A stretch of 64,000 bases of DNA from Paraspadella gotoi (Eukaryota; Animalia; Chaetognatha), in NCBI GenBank assembly GCA_051294375.1, contig JBJCIZ010000239.1, forward strand, positions 6,557,545-6,621,544. The letters run 5' to 3'. The notes under the pieces are model-generated. The model was not told the origin of the DNA. It searched no databases and was given only the letters and a program-made list of their open reading frames with translations. The number at the start of each line of letters is the position of its first letter. Within the stretch, counting starts at the first letter, position 1. This document shows positions 38,302 to 52,534 of the stretch, one piece after another. The translations under genes and the position numbers were made by a program.

Positions 38302-39250
38302 AGAGCAGAGAGAGGAGAGAGAGAGAGAGAGGAGAGAGAGGCGACTCGCTTCACTCTGCTTACTCATCCCAGCATCATCACCCGCAACAAACATTTCCCA
38401 TTACCTAAAATTTTTACTATACTCTAATCTCTAATCTCAATTCTTAATTGTCTAATAATCATAAATCTCTAATTCTAATCCTATCATCTAATTCTAATTT
38501 CTAACTCTATTCTCTAATTCTAATTCTCTAATTCTTATCTCTAATTCTAATCTCATAATTTACTCTTACTCCAGTTATTCATTCTAAATTTTCGTTCCAC
38601 TCCCTGTCTCCAACTTTGCTCTACTCTTAGTCCCAGTCTTAATTTCTAATTTTTCATTCCTATCTTGATTCCATTTTCACATCCAGTGTATTCATTCCTA
38701 ATCTTCAGTTCACTTTTTCACTCCAGTTTTCACTCCATTCTTCACTCCAGTTACTCAATCCTCACTTCTCCACTTATTCACTCCAACCCACGCCCACACC
38801 TCCTAATCGGCATCTCCCACTTCCGTCCGACTCTCACATCTGGCGTTCGACATCCGCAATCAACCTTACCGGCATCGTGTTGCCTCTCTTCTCTACTCTC
38901 ATCTCTCTCTCTCTCTCTCTCTCATCTCTCTCTCCTCTCTCTCATCTCTCTCCAACCCAGCACCTGCACCCCTCCTCTTTTTTTAATCTCCCCCAGAGCC
39001 ATCTCCGTTCGACTGCCACCCGTCGACGCCCAAATCAGTTCCGCGGCATCTGCCGCCCTTTTTTTTGTTTCATTGAGGCACCTGTTCGTCTGTCGTCGTC
39101 GGTCAGTCGTCGTCGTCTCGTCGTCGTCGTATGTGTTGTTTTGTCAAACAACCTGACCTGGCTGTAAGAATTTCACAGTTTCACTCGCTCTCCTCTTGAT
39201 CTTATGTTCTCAATCTTTCTTCAATCTCTCTCTCTTCCTCTCTTCCTCAT

Positions 39251-39308
<58 letters not shown>

Positions 39309-39416
39309 CACTCTCTCTCTCTCTCTCTTTCTCTCATCTCTCTCGTCTCTCAAGAAATTAATAGTTTACGATGAAAAACAAATTCCGGAAATTGATGTGA
39401 TGAGGAAACCTAAAAC

Positions 39417-39501
<85 letters not shown>

Positions 39502-40163
39502 CTATCGTCGCTAACTCACGTGGAAAAAGATGGAATTTCCGGTTTTTACCGTTTAAATTTGACAAGAGAAAAATTCACTTCCAGTCTCGACTCGCGACAC
39601 TTATCCTCCTCCTCTTTCCTCCTCCTCTTCCTATTCCTTCTCTTCCTCCTCCTCCCTCCTCATCCTCCCTTCATTTCTAAAATTCAGCGAAACCGATATA
39701 AAAAGTTCAAAATTTTCATTGAGTGGAGAGAGAAGAGAGAGAGAGAGAGAGAGAAGAGGGGAGAAGGAGAGAGAGAGAGAGAAGAGCGAGGAGGGAAGAG
39801 AGGGAGGGAGGATGGAGAGAGGGAGAGAGAGAGACAAGAAGAGAGAGAAGAGAGGAGAGAGAAAGAAAGAGGAGAAAAAAAGAAGAAGAGAGAAAGAGAT
39901 GGAAAGAGAGATAGAGAGGACGATATTGGACTTTGTGCTCAAATTGGAAACGTTGCAGACTTTTAAAAAGCGACCGTAACTATGTCATTACGAACGAAAA
40001 CTATGTGTCTTTGGGCTTCTTTTCTCTCCTTCCTCGATTTGACAAATCTTGTTGTTTTGTTGTTGTTGTTTTGTTTTGTTTTTGTTTTTATTATGTTTCT
40101 TGCACTGCGAATTGCTTTCTTTTTATTTCTTTCTTTCTTGCATTTCTCTCATCTCTTCTCTAA

Positions 40164-40246
<83 letters not shown>

Positions 40247-42227
40247 TCTCTCTCGATCTTTCTTCCTTGTCGTTCGATCCGTCGGACCAGATCGAGAAAC
40301 ATTCATTTCGAATGAGTTTTATGAATTTTATGGAAGACGCCATCTAGAGACGGACGACGACGGACGACGACGACGACGACGACGATAAAGGATACACTAA
40401 CTTGAAAACACGGGAGACAAATTAAAGGACAGAACGACGACGATGACGATGAACGATGACGATGAGCCGAGAACGATGAATCAGAAACAATACATTAAGG
40501 ATGGACCGCACTGAACTTAATTCGACTATGCGGTGGAGATGACCAACAATGATGACGACGACGATAGGACAGCACACAACGACGATGACCAGAACCGAGC
40601 GAACGACGACGACTGAACAACGACAACAAACAACGACCGACGACGACACCCTGCCAACCGCAAAGAACGATTCCAGAAAAGGCTAAACTCATAGTCCTCT
40701 CCTTTATTCGCTCATTCGACCCCATGCCTTTTTTCCCGCCCAGTTTATTCAAATCTCGCCGTCGGATTCCGTCCAGTGCACAACTACCTGAGACACTGAC
40801 TGTTCGGCTCCGACGTACCGCGGCTTGCAGCTGTCGTCGAAATCCGAACTAACACCTGCAGCGCACGTCATTAATAGTAGAGACGTCTCCGATATATTGG
40901 AGACAAACGGACTTGAGAAAACGGATATAGAGAAGTACGAGACGGAGAAACTGATCGAAGCAAGCCAAAAGAAAATGGAGTTTAAGCTTCAAGTCTAAGA
41001 CTCATCAATTCGTCCGTAATCAAGATTAATTACATAGTCCTAGTCTAAGACAGCTTAATTTGCTTTTATATTAATGATTGCATCTGTATCTATACTACTT
41101 ATAATTATCGAAAGTTGCAAAATTTACTTGTTTCACTATCTTTAGATATTAGATTTAAAATAAGTACATTATCCTATATAATAACATTAGTCCAAGTCTA
41201 TGCTCAATACTATATGATAGTGCTTCAAATACATACCATGCATCAAAGTCCAATCATTACATAGTCCCATGGTGTCCACCATAACACTAGATCCATATTT
41301 CAAAAGCCTCTCTTTTTGAAGTCGATATAACAATAGGAGCGTAGTAAAAGTTACGTACGAAATTTCATAAAAGTTAATTATGAACAACATACTAAATCAG
41401 TGAACATTAATTTTTTAACAAATTATTTTATAGTTTATTTTAATTTATTTAATTTTAGTATAAGTACTATCCTTATAAAAGCGAAAAATTTTATAATAGG
41501 AGCATTTTCCTTAATTTGATTTGCAGATTTGAATTCCTCGTCAAAAGTTGATAAAAAGAAAATATAAAATCATGTTTTTAAAAATTCTTCATTAACGTAG
41601 GGTTATAAAAAATTAAAAAAAACAATATTTAATATATAAAAAAAACTAATTTTCACAAGAAGATATATAAAATATATTTTTTTTCTAATTTTTTGACCCA
41701 TTTAATAAAGAATTTTTTCAAAAGAGTTATATTCTTATTTATCACTTTTTATGACGAAATCAAAATCTGCCAAAAAAATAATTTAAAAAAACTGTTTGAC
41801 AAATTTTAAAATCTAATTGGATTCAGCTACTAGTAAAATTATGGCCTCCTGCATAAATTGTAAACATTTATAAAATTTTTTTATATACATAAATGTTCGA
41901 TTAAGTATAATGTATGTTCATCCTCACTATATTAAAATTTAATTAAAGATTACAATTTCGAAATTTTACAACGGCACTTAATATAACAATACATATATCT
42001 TGAATAAACAAATAATTATTGTTATTTTCATTAAAGGTTAGTCCGACCCACAATTAATAATTCGACTCCGGTCGTTCAATTCACTATTATCAACTACCCG
42101 CCAGAACTACCTCCTCTCTTCCTGCTTTATTCCTTTCTTTTTTCCTTTTTTCCCTTTTTTCATTCTTTTTCTTTTTTTCTCTCTTCCTTATTCTTTCCTT
42201 TTTTTCTTTTCTTTTTTTCCTTCCCTC

Positions 42228-42293
<66 letters not shown>

Positions 42294-43408
42294 CTCTTCC
42301 TCTTCCTTTCAGCCTCTCACAACCTCCTCAGAGGAGAGGAATCGGTGACATCGAGTTTCACAAAGTCTAAGTTAATGAAAAAAAAAAAATATCTGGATTC
42401 TACGACGACGACGACGAACAAAAGCATGCTCCAGCGATCTCGATCCCTTTTTAGTTGTTGTTGTTGATTGTTATTGTATTATTGTTGTTATTGTGATTGT
42501 TGTTTTTTCAGTTGTTTTTTCTTGGTTTTCTTAGTAGTTATTTGTTATTTGATTGGGTTTTTTGTTTTTTTGTTTTGGCTCCTTGTTGTTGTTTTTGATT
42601 GCTTTATAAAATTTGGTACAACCACTATAATGTTTTAATATTTATTTCTTATAAAACTATTCAATAATTTTAATGAATAAGCACACCCTGACTGTTGGGA
42701 ACAGGATTAAAGCTTCAAGTAAAGAACTCTCTCACACGAGTTCCAGAGTCAAGTATGACTTTCTTTCCCTGTCAATAAAATGATATAATATTTCGTTAAA
42801 GTTATCAACTGTATCTCTGAGGTGATAGTTGTTGGTGGTCGTTGTCTTGTCTCGACATTTTTGTTGTTTTGTCATCATCGATCTTGTTCTGTCTTTGTCG
42901 TTGTCGACGTTGCTTGTCGTTGTATGTCCTATGTCTGTCCTTTGTCCCTTGTTTGTCTATGTCTCTCCTTGTCGTTGTTTATCCCTGTTTTTCGATCGCG
43001 TCTCTCGCCGATTTCTCTCATCGTTTGTTTGCAAATACGTTTCAACCGAAGATTGTTGTTCGTGTAAACCGAACTCGCTTGCCTCCTCCGCCCATCCGCC
43101 AACGCCGACTCGCCGGCCCGCCGCCCGACCCGCCGTCAATGTTGTTTTGTTGTCGCCGTCGTGTTCATTTCTTCTTTTTTTTGTTTACGTCGTCGTCGTC
43201 GTCGTCGTCGTCGCCGACGTGAAGTCGCAGACCAAAAAGAAAAAAAAAAAAAAAAAAAAAAAAAAAGATGTCAGCGACATGTTGAAAAGAGTCGCCCGAT
43301 TGTGTAACTGAGCGTAAGGCTGAGGAATACGTTTTGTGGGAAAGATGGCGAATTTAGATTGGGCGGGGGATGTGGCTTAAAGGTTATGGGTGTGGGCAAG
43401 GTGGTAGC

Positions 43409-44425
43409 TAGGCGTTGAAAAATAACGAAATTATAAACAAAATCAAGTGAGGTACATTACTATTTTAGTTAATAAAAGTCTGTAGAATTCGAATGAATGA
43501 TAACCAATTTTTTTTGTATGTCTCATCTTCTTGTTCGGAAAAATGGCATTTTTGCAGCATTTATAAGGTGCTAATTAAAATGGAGCAAACATTAGTAGCA
43601 GTATAAGAGACATCAAATTATTAAGATAAGCCATATTTAACTTACATAATTGAAATAAAGGACCATATACATATTTATGGTAAGTTTATTACAAATTTTA
43701 TATTTATTAAATAGTTTGTTAGCCTATATTTATTAAAAAATAATAATAAAAAAATAAAGCTTAAAGTGAAAAAATAAAAAAATTAAATTTTTAAAAACCG
43801 GATTTGAAATTCCTTACAAAAAAGTTAGGAATCATCAGAAAGTAGAATCCATTTTAAAAAAGTCTTCATTAAGTTAGGTTAAAAATAATTTAAAAACTAT
43901 TATTTTTGTTTAATTTTCAATTTTTGGTTTAAAATATATAGTGTTTCTGAATTTTGACCAACTTAATAAACATTAATTTGATATAAAAATTATAATCTTC
44001 TAAAATCAAAAACTTTTGCAAAGAATGCCAAAAATCCCATGAAAAAAAATTTTGAAAATATTAATTTTTTAACTTAAACCAATTTTACTCATAAATTATT
44101 AATAAATATAGTTAACTAACTTTTTATAAAAACATAAAATTTAGAAATAAACTTACCAACAATATCTTTATAAAGTCTTTATTTTTTATATTTCAAACGC
44201 TCATATAAATTTTAAAAATTTTAATAAATTTGATTATATCATACTTTGCATTATTTTATAACAATTTTATATACATTAAAAACCGATCATTTCCGACAAG
44301 AAAAGATAAAAAATTATACAAAAAATGGTCATCACCAATCGAATATCTACTGACTACATTACACTTAAAAATAGCTATGTACCTCACATGATTTGTTATA
44401 TTTTTTGTTATTTTTCAACGCTCTA
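43409..44425. mobile_element. MITE family K, complete but indel-rich copy in opposite orientation
   Basis: Both TIRs are present (TAGGCGTTGAAAATAACG… / …TTTTTCAACGCTCTA), with GTGGTAGC / GTGGGCTAG flanks. Confidence 0.7.
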
Positions 44426-45505
44426 GTGGGCTAGATTAGTGAAGGGCGTTGGGGGAAGTTGTGGGCGAATGGTGGGGAGTAAGTCGTGGGCGATGCTGAG
44501 AGCAAACTTGGAGAATGGTCGCAGAATATTTAGTGTGGTGAGTTAGGAAGGAATTGCGCGATCAAGGTGAGTGAAAGAGTAGGGGGGGCAATGTGATGAT
44601 AAAAAGATGGAGCTGAGAGGACGGTGGTAATGTATTGGAGGTTAAGTGGAGGAAAAAAAAGGCGTGGGGTTAATTTGAGGTTGTTAAATCTTTAAAAAAT
44701 AATATATTTAAATTAAAATTAAAAATACAACGAAAAAGGATTTTCTACTACAGACCAGATTTCGCCGCCACTAATGTCCGTTTTTAGTTCCCCCTCACGC
44801 TCCCCCTCTCTCTCGCCACGTGAACGTTAGTCGCGCGGTCGACCTCTTGTGGCGCTGAATGCGCTGAACGTCGGCTATGCAAGTGAGTGACAGTGAGCGA
44901 TGAGGAGTAAGAGCGGTTGAAATGTGAATGAGTGGGAAAAAGTGATTCCAGTATTTAAACGTATTTCACTCGATGCAAATGACAACCAACAAAAGATTTT
45001 AGCTAAGTAATAAAATTATGTTAATGAAAAAAAATCCTTTTCTGTTTAGTAATTTTTAAAAAATTCTAAGAATTAATTTTGGTGGTGGGACGTTTGTGTT
45101 GTCCTTTGTGGAATTAGAGAGATCATCTGCACCCAACACACAGGTTAATAACTGGTTCGAAAATTAAAAAAAAGAATTTTGGAAATTTTGGGCAATTAAA
45201 ATGTACCATAAATGAAGAATAAATCACGTGTGTTAATATATCCAAACTAAAAACCTAAAATAGTGAAATTTTCATATAAAAGAGTAGACAACCGCTTTGG
45301 GCAAACGAGTGTTCACATTTAATTTTATGCGGCGAGCTTGCCTACAAATTTGTTTTTTTAAAAAAACATTAAAATTATAATCCTTTGATACAAAATCAGA
45401 TATTTGATATTTTATTATTATCCCCAATCATTTATTTTTACTTTGGCATTCTGATACTATCATTTAGGTCAATATGACGGAAATAAGTATACGTGAATGA
45501 AAGAA

Positions 45506-45576
<71 letters not shown>

Positions 45577-45683
45577 CAATTCTTGCGTAGCATATGAGAA
45601 AGAGAAAGAAGAAACGAAGCTAGGCTCTACACACTCTTTGGTTCTCAATCTATTACGGTTTTCCACGCGCCTCTCTCTCTCTC

Positions 45684-45779
<96 letters not shown>

Positions 45780-45995
45780 GTCTCTCTCCTCTCTCCTTTT
45801 CCGATTTTCTNNNNNNNNNNNNNNNNNNNNNNNNNGGCCTCAGATGTCAATTGGCGTCAGCACGCATGCGTCGGCGCCGGCCTCTGAATCCGGTCGCTTT
45901 TCCGGCCGGCGCCATGTCGGCCGGAACTTCCGGCCGCCGGCCCATACTTCAACTCCTTTAAAAAAGTGGGAGAGAAGGGAAGAACGAAGGAGGGG

Positions 45996-46042
<47 letters not shown>

Positions 46043-46626
46043 TTTAAAAAATCCTTGAATCTTTCGCTGATGTCGGAAATATTGTTGTTGTTGTCGTCGT
46101 CGTTGGGGGAGGAAGAGATATTCTAAAAAAAATATTTTTTTCGATTTTTAGAGATTTGAATGATATATATAAATATAATTGTATGCTCAAAACGATTTGC
46201 AGCCCGTATGTATGCGCAATAATCGTCTTTTCTCTTCTCCATCAATATGTGGTTGTCTTCTCAGAGGAATGGAGGCCTTTACCCACCTATCAAAAATCAG
46301 CTTATTAGTTATTTATTGATTTAATATATGAATTGATATTGGATATATTTAATGGGTACTACCAATTTAACAAAACGATTAAGCGACGAAATAAAACAAA
46401 AAATATTAAACGAAAACAAAAAACAAAACAAAAAAACTAACCTAAGTTAATCTGTTTCGAAATCGTTCGATCGTTAAGAGCGAGTCGTTCTGTATTCATT
46501 AAAACATCCAGATTTCACTGTACCGAATCACAAATTAAAATCCCGAGTTTCTAAAAATTTTCGCTTGAAAGGGATTCCGCTTTCTCTCTCTCTCTCTCTC
46601 TNNNNNNNNNNNNNNNNNNNNNNNNN

Positions 46627-48050
46627 GGGCTTCAAAGAAAAGTAAGGGTTGAGGAAAAAAAAAGACAGGCGAAAAAAAACTTTGGTTGGGAAGATTGGGT
46701 CTGTATTCAAGGCCTGCTGTTTTTGATCGCTCGTTGAAGCATCGAATGGGAGGGCGCGGCATTGGTTGCGGCATTAAAAGGGTTGTCTCTAAATACCGAC
46801 GTTACGGCGACGCATTGAGTGCCATGCTTTAGCGTACCTGAACCGGCGATCATGAACGTTAAGAAATGACAGTCAAAGAAATAAAATTCGTTTACAGAAA
46901 AAAGTTGTTAGTGTATTGAATTGCGTGTTTTTGGAGATCAACAATGAGAAACGAAGAAAAGATTTTGAGTTTCTCAGCCCTCTCTCAATCAGAAAGGGGT
47001 ATAGAACAAAAGGGAGGAGGGGAGGAGGCCGTGACGATAGCGAATGGGGGAGTAGGGTGAAAGGGCAAAGTATGTATTGAAAGGAATTGGAAATTTGAAA
47101 AACATGTATCGCTTAATAATAAAAAAAGAATATTATTGACTTGTAGGTCGTAGATAAAGAAAGGACTATAAGAGCAATAAGAAGCGAAAATTCGTATCTT
47201 TCTCTGAGTCAGAGAGAGAGAGAAGAGCAAAATGCGTCCGCGCACGCATAGGTTAAACATATGGGAGTATGCAGAGAGAGATGTTGGAAACGAAAAGAGC
47301 AGGAAACGGTGATGAGGAGTGATGAAGTGAGTAGGCAGAGATTTAGATTCATAGTAGCACTGAGATGTAGCAGACGCTGTGGTACTTTAATAAGTTTAAT
47401 GTCGTGTGCGAGAGAGAGAGAGCAATAATGTAATATTGGATCTAAATTATGAGGTTGTACTATTTATTGTCGATAAAATTAGAGCGGACCAGAAATGCAT
47501 TATACAGTAAATATTTTCAGAGCACAATCAGGTGCTATTCTGCGGTACTCATGCGCTACATACCACCTCTTGCATACTGCTCATATCCAACAGTAATCGG
47601 ACGCGCGGGAGAGAGGATAAGAATATATTTCCACTTATCTAGGAGAGTACTTCGCGTAATTTATGATGCATATGGCGCAACAGAAAGCGACGAGGCAGGA
47701 CTGCGCTGCGGTTGCGACTTCGCCTCGGTTATGTAACTGGTTCGAATAAATTGCTAATATGTTATGTCGTCTGCGCTCTATGTTGTCGTTGTTCGAGTCG
47801 GTCGCATTGTATCGTACATGGCGTCGTTCGTCAAATAGAATGGTCGCATCGAGCTCTGTCATTGTCGGGGGTCGCTCTGGCTGGGCTTCGACGGGATAGT
47901 GCGTTTGCGATAAGCAGCAGCGGACAACTCCACACCGGTGCGAGCTACGTTTTTCGTATTAGTTATTCCGAGAGAGAGACAGCCGCGTTGCGCAAAGTTT
48001 TATTCCTCAATGGCATCTTCACCGTTTGGTTTGTTTTGCATATTTTCAAC
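46627..48050 (-). repeat. Very noisy inverted copy of ~57500-58670
   Basis: Shared anchors in reverse complement: TGTCTCTAAATACCGACGTTACG, ATGAACGTTAA, CAATCAGAAAGGG and TATAGAACAAAAGG. Similarity decays to barely recognisable after ~47270. Confidence 0.7.
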
Positions 48051-48846
48051 AATATTTCATTAAGTCATGATTAAAACAAGATTTCAAAATCATACATTTT
48101 TTAGAAGACATAGAGAATCGCTTGACGACGAACACGACCGTTGACTTTATCAGGCGGCGTCGGTGGCTGCGTTGAAGAATGTCAAGGGTGGCCATTGGCA
48201 AAGACCTAAATGGGTTAATGGCTAAAAAAAAAGGTGCCATCGGACTTGATGGCAAAGACCTAAATGGATTGTGCGCCGCACGAAATGGCAAAAGTTAGCG
48301 CGACGCACTTGCTGAGATGGCAAAAAAAAAGGTGGCGCGAAACTGCGTATGCGACGGCTCAGACATTGGCGTTCAACAAACTTATCAGTTTATTTCAGGA
48401 AATAATTGAAAAAGAATTAAAAAAGGAAAGTCAGGAGATTTTATTCGTGAGAACGAATCGTGATTCGCCCTCCGGGTTGTGTGGCGGGAGGGGGGAGGCA
48501 AAAGGGGGGGGATTCGAGGTTATGGTGTTTTGGTGCGAGAGTTCGAACAGAACGGTGTTTATGGCAATACGACTTTTGCCGCAGAGGGGAAAGCGATACG
48601 CAGATGTCCGAGAACTTCCCGCCAAAAAACACAATGATAAAAAATATTATAGAGAATTTGAATTATTTTTTTTTTTTTAAAGGATTTTTTTTTTCTTCGG
48701 GTGTTTTCTTCAAGTCGATGTGTGTTTGGGAGTTTAGGCGATAAAATTGTCAACATATTTTAGTGATTTTTTTTGGTTTATTGGAGGCGGGGTTTTGGCT
48801 ATAGGGGAGGAAAAGCGAAAAAGTTGAGAAGAGAGAGAGAGAGAAA

Positions 48847-48886
<40 letters not shown>

Positions 48887-49623
48887 AGAAGAGAAGAAAG
48901 CCTCATAGATAAAAACTTTAAGGTAATTGCCGACCATTAAAAACCGCCTTTCGTTATTTTCATTTAATAAATCTAATTCAAACTTTAATCAAACGAGATT
49001 TCACCACTAACAAACGTTAATGTATTTCTCTCGTTTCAACATTCGATATCCGTTCTTAAAGCGAAACCGGAGAACTCGGGCAGGAACGAGAGTCACTCGA
49101 GAGATTCAAATAGATGATGCGTCCATAAAAATGAAAAAATAAAAAAATTATCTCCACGGAGACTTTGAATCCCTGACGCCGCCATAAAAATGCCCAGATC
49201 GAAGGAGATTCTCTCTTCCCCACATCTGGTGGTTCTTCTTCCCTCTTCTTCCCTCCTTTTCTCTTTTCCTTTATTCCCACAATCCTGGTGGTCTTTCCTT
49301 CCTCTTCTTCCCTCTTTTTCTCTTTTTCCTTTATTTCCCCACATCTGTGGTTCTTTCTTCCTCTTTTCCCTTTTCTCTTTATTTGTCTCACCTTCTCCCC
49401 TTTCCGTAAAAACCTCAAGGCTTCAAAAAGATCCCCTGCACACAACCCAAACCCCTCCGCCCTCACCCGCCATTGGTCGACGTCAGAGAGAAATATGAAA
49501 TGACGACGACAACCAAACAACAACTAATAACAACGAAAATTAAGTTTTCTTCCAGAGTCACCGTGATATCTGATCGAGATGGGAAATCGGGAATGGGGGA
49601 AAGAGAGAGAGAGAGAGAGGAGA

Positions 49624-49662
<39 letters not shown>

Positions 49663-49874
49663 AGGAGATCTATGGCTAGGATTAGAAAGAGGGATACTGA
49701 TCACTGATTACTGAAGGGGCAATTTTGTGGTACAAAGAGGAAAAAAAAGGGATCCGGATTGAGGTGAAGGTCCTAAAAGAGAAAAAAAAGAGAAAAAAGA
49801 AAAGAACTTTGAACTTTTTTACATGGTTTTAAAAAAATAGCAGCCGGCAACAATTGCTGCCATTGTGTAGAAAG

Positions 49875-49934
<60 letters not shown>

Positions 49935-49999
49935 CGGATATGGAAGTTTGAATCTGGCGAAAAAATGAAATGGTGCACATTTTCTTTGGGAAAAGGCGG

Positions 50000-50700
50000 A
50001 AAAGTGGGAGGGATCGAGAGGGAGCGAGAGGGGGTCGAGGGAAAAAGCCGATTCCGAGGGGGGCGCTTTCCCGAAAGGAGGCGGGCGCCCAACCGGCGCG
50101 GCCCGGAGCGGCGTCGAGCAGATTCCACTGAACGTCCGAACGGACGCGCCGCTCAAATGGCTGACGCAGCGCCCGCCGACGCCGCGAGTAAAACAAACGG
50201 CGAATAACGTTTTTTGGCCGCCCGCCATTTTTCCATCGACGCCGGAGCTGAACCTCCGACCTACAACGCCCCCTCTAATCGCTCTCCATCTTCCCTTCTC
50301 GTTCTCAGCCTCGCTCTGGCCACTAGACCCCTTATATACTTTCTTCCCTCTCTCTCTCCGCCCCTTCCCCCCAAACCCCCAATCGATTCCCCCTTCCCTC
50401 CAACTGCCAAATTCCCCCTACAGCGAAATCCAAGTTTTCTCCTGGTCGGTGAATTCGGCCAAAAAATTTCCTTTACCCTGATATAAACAAGATTCCACCC
50501 GAACGGAACTCCGTTTTTCCCGGAAAAATACCCGCCGCAAATTTTTCGGCCCGCCGGAAGGGTTTGCGAAAACGGCCGGGGTGGGTCGCCGGACGCCGGA
50601 CTGCCGGACGCCGGAAATTTCCGGTAAGGGGTGAGGTGGGGAATTGTGCGATCAGCGAGAAAGGTTGTCGGGAACGTGAGAGAAAGAACAATTTCCTAGC
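50000..50700. promoter_or_regulatory. CpG island with YY1-like and multiple ETS motifs
   Basis: CCGCCATTTT (~50222-50231), CCGGAA at ~50520, ~50554 and ~50611 (CCGGAAATTTCCGG), and high CpG density against an AT-rich background. Confidence 0.45.
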
Positions 50701-52534
50701 CGTTGCTGAGGAGATTTAAACAACAAATCAATCAATAACAATCAATCAATCCATTAAACAATCAATTCAAACATCGCAATCAATCAATCAATCAATCAAT
50801 CATCAATCAATCAATCATTCAATCAATCAAACATTTCTTTAAATGCCTTAATTTTTCCTCCTCTCCTGGTCCTCAATCAACTTTCCTCTCGGTTCGCCTC
50901 TTTCCTCCTCTTTGCATTTCTCCTTCCTTTCCTCGCTTTGCTTCCCTTACTGTCCTTTCTTCCTTCCTTCCTCGCTTTGTTTCCCTTCTTTCCCTTTCTT
51001 CCTTCCTCCTCGCCACCTTTTGCTTCCTTCTTTCCTTTCTTCCTTCCTTTCCTCGCTTTGCTTCCATTTCTTTCCTTTCTTTTACTTCATCGGCTTTGCT
51101 TCCTTCTTTTCCCTTTCTTCCTTCCTTTTCCTCGCTTTGCTTCCTTCTATTCCTTCTTTCCTTCCTACCTTTGCTATCCTTCTTGAAGATCCTTTTGTTC
51201 CTATGGCTATCACCTTCCTGCGCTTATATGCTGTCCTTATCTTGTCCTTATCTTCTGTCCTTTCTGTTAGACATCGGAAGGGATACCTCAGAAGAAGGCA
51301 TGCCTAAATTGTTTGTCTTAACACAATTAACCCAGTGGAACCATGTACCTTTCTAATACCGATCAAAAAACTGTAGGACTTATTTAAAATGAATGTTTTA
51401 TACAGAAAAGTTTATAAAAATTGAATTCTAAAAAGGTATCATAATGGTAAGGACTTATCTTGATATATGTTTATCTCAAAAAAAATTTAACAATATGTAA
51501 AAGTATGTAAAAGTTAACAGACAGTACATTAGGACACACTATAATAAAAACCTTTATTAATATATAAAAATAAAATTATTATAATTAAAAATATAATTAT
51601 TAATGAAAATCACTGTTTGTAAACTAAAACATTTTTTGGTTTGATTTTTTTAGAAAACTTAATTTAATCTTTAAACCTTAATTAAAATACCTAATAGCTA
51701 ATTCCTATCCCTAAGTTATCTCTTTTAACCTTAATCCTTAACTAAAACTTAAAACTAATTCCTTGACCCAACTTTATCTCCTAACCATAATATTAATAAA
51801 GTTTGATTTGGTAATTTATATGCTATAATATAAAAGAAAACCAATTTTTTCTGGACGTAACATGATACTTTATTTGAATAAGCACTGATCTTCAGAGACT
51901 TCTGTCTCCCTCAAAGGTTCATAACAAAAATGAGGAAGACAGAAAAATCAGTGCTTATGCCAAAATTATAACTCTGAACAAACAACAATAAAATCCTAAG
52001 CCTTAATCCTTAACTAAAATTTTAACCTAAACCTTAAACTAACCTTTTACCCAATCCTTATGTCTAATCCATAATCTCATCATTAATTCATTGACAAAAT
52101 TATCGAAGTAAAAAAATTCTTTAAATCTATGTTTAACCTCAAATTGGGCGCTTTCGGAAAAGAGTGCAAAGGGAGAGACTGGGACAAAAGCGAGTTAAGG
52201 TGGAAAAGACGAAATTGTGTTGGGACGAAATTTAAAGGTGGCGAGGGCAAGCTTTGAGTCGGATCAAAAGGGATGTAAGCATGGTAAGCAGTAGCAGCTT
52301 GAGAAAGCATAGAACTAACTCCTCGTTAGTGAAGCAGAGAAAAACAAGTTGCGGTTGAAAGTATGAAGAAAAGTCTACTTAAGAATACGTATCAATTACT
52401 ACAGGGTAGTGATCAAAACTTAGAAATCCGTATCACTTCATCTTTTTTATTTTTTGACGGATCGGGTGCATTTAAAGGAAAAATTTAATTAAAGATACAT
52501 AACCCAGACCTTGTTCTAACTATTAAAGCAATGC

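Larger units (their letters stand above)
24517..46100. repeat. Mosaic of direct and inverted copies of one ~8-kb unit (linear version at ~37970-46100)
   Basis: 24517-25720 matches 37970-39230. 25838-27355 is the reverse complement of 38570-40150. 27388-28980, 29640-31250 and 40260-42130 match each other. 31350-32394 matches 42300-43445. 32460-35082 is the reverse complement of 43440-46100. 35108-36536 is the reverse complement of 42845-44395. 36537-37595 matches 44393-45500. Confidence 0.9.

Noticed and set aside
40640-40890. Apparent GC-rich insertion relative to the other two copies
   Set aside because: It retains fragments of the clean copy and lies in the indel-rich duplicate, so it is most likely a low-quality read segment.
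47270-48050. Non-repetitive ORFs of 75-120 aa
   Set aside because: The region is a heavily garbled inverted copy of ~57500-58200, and the translations have no recognisable motifs.
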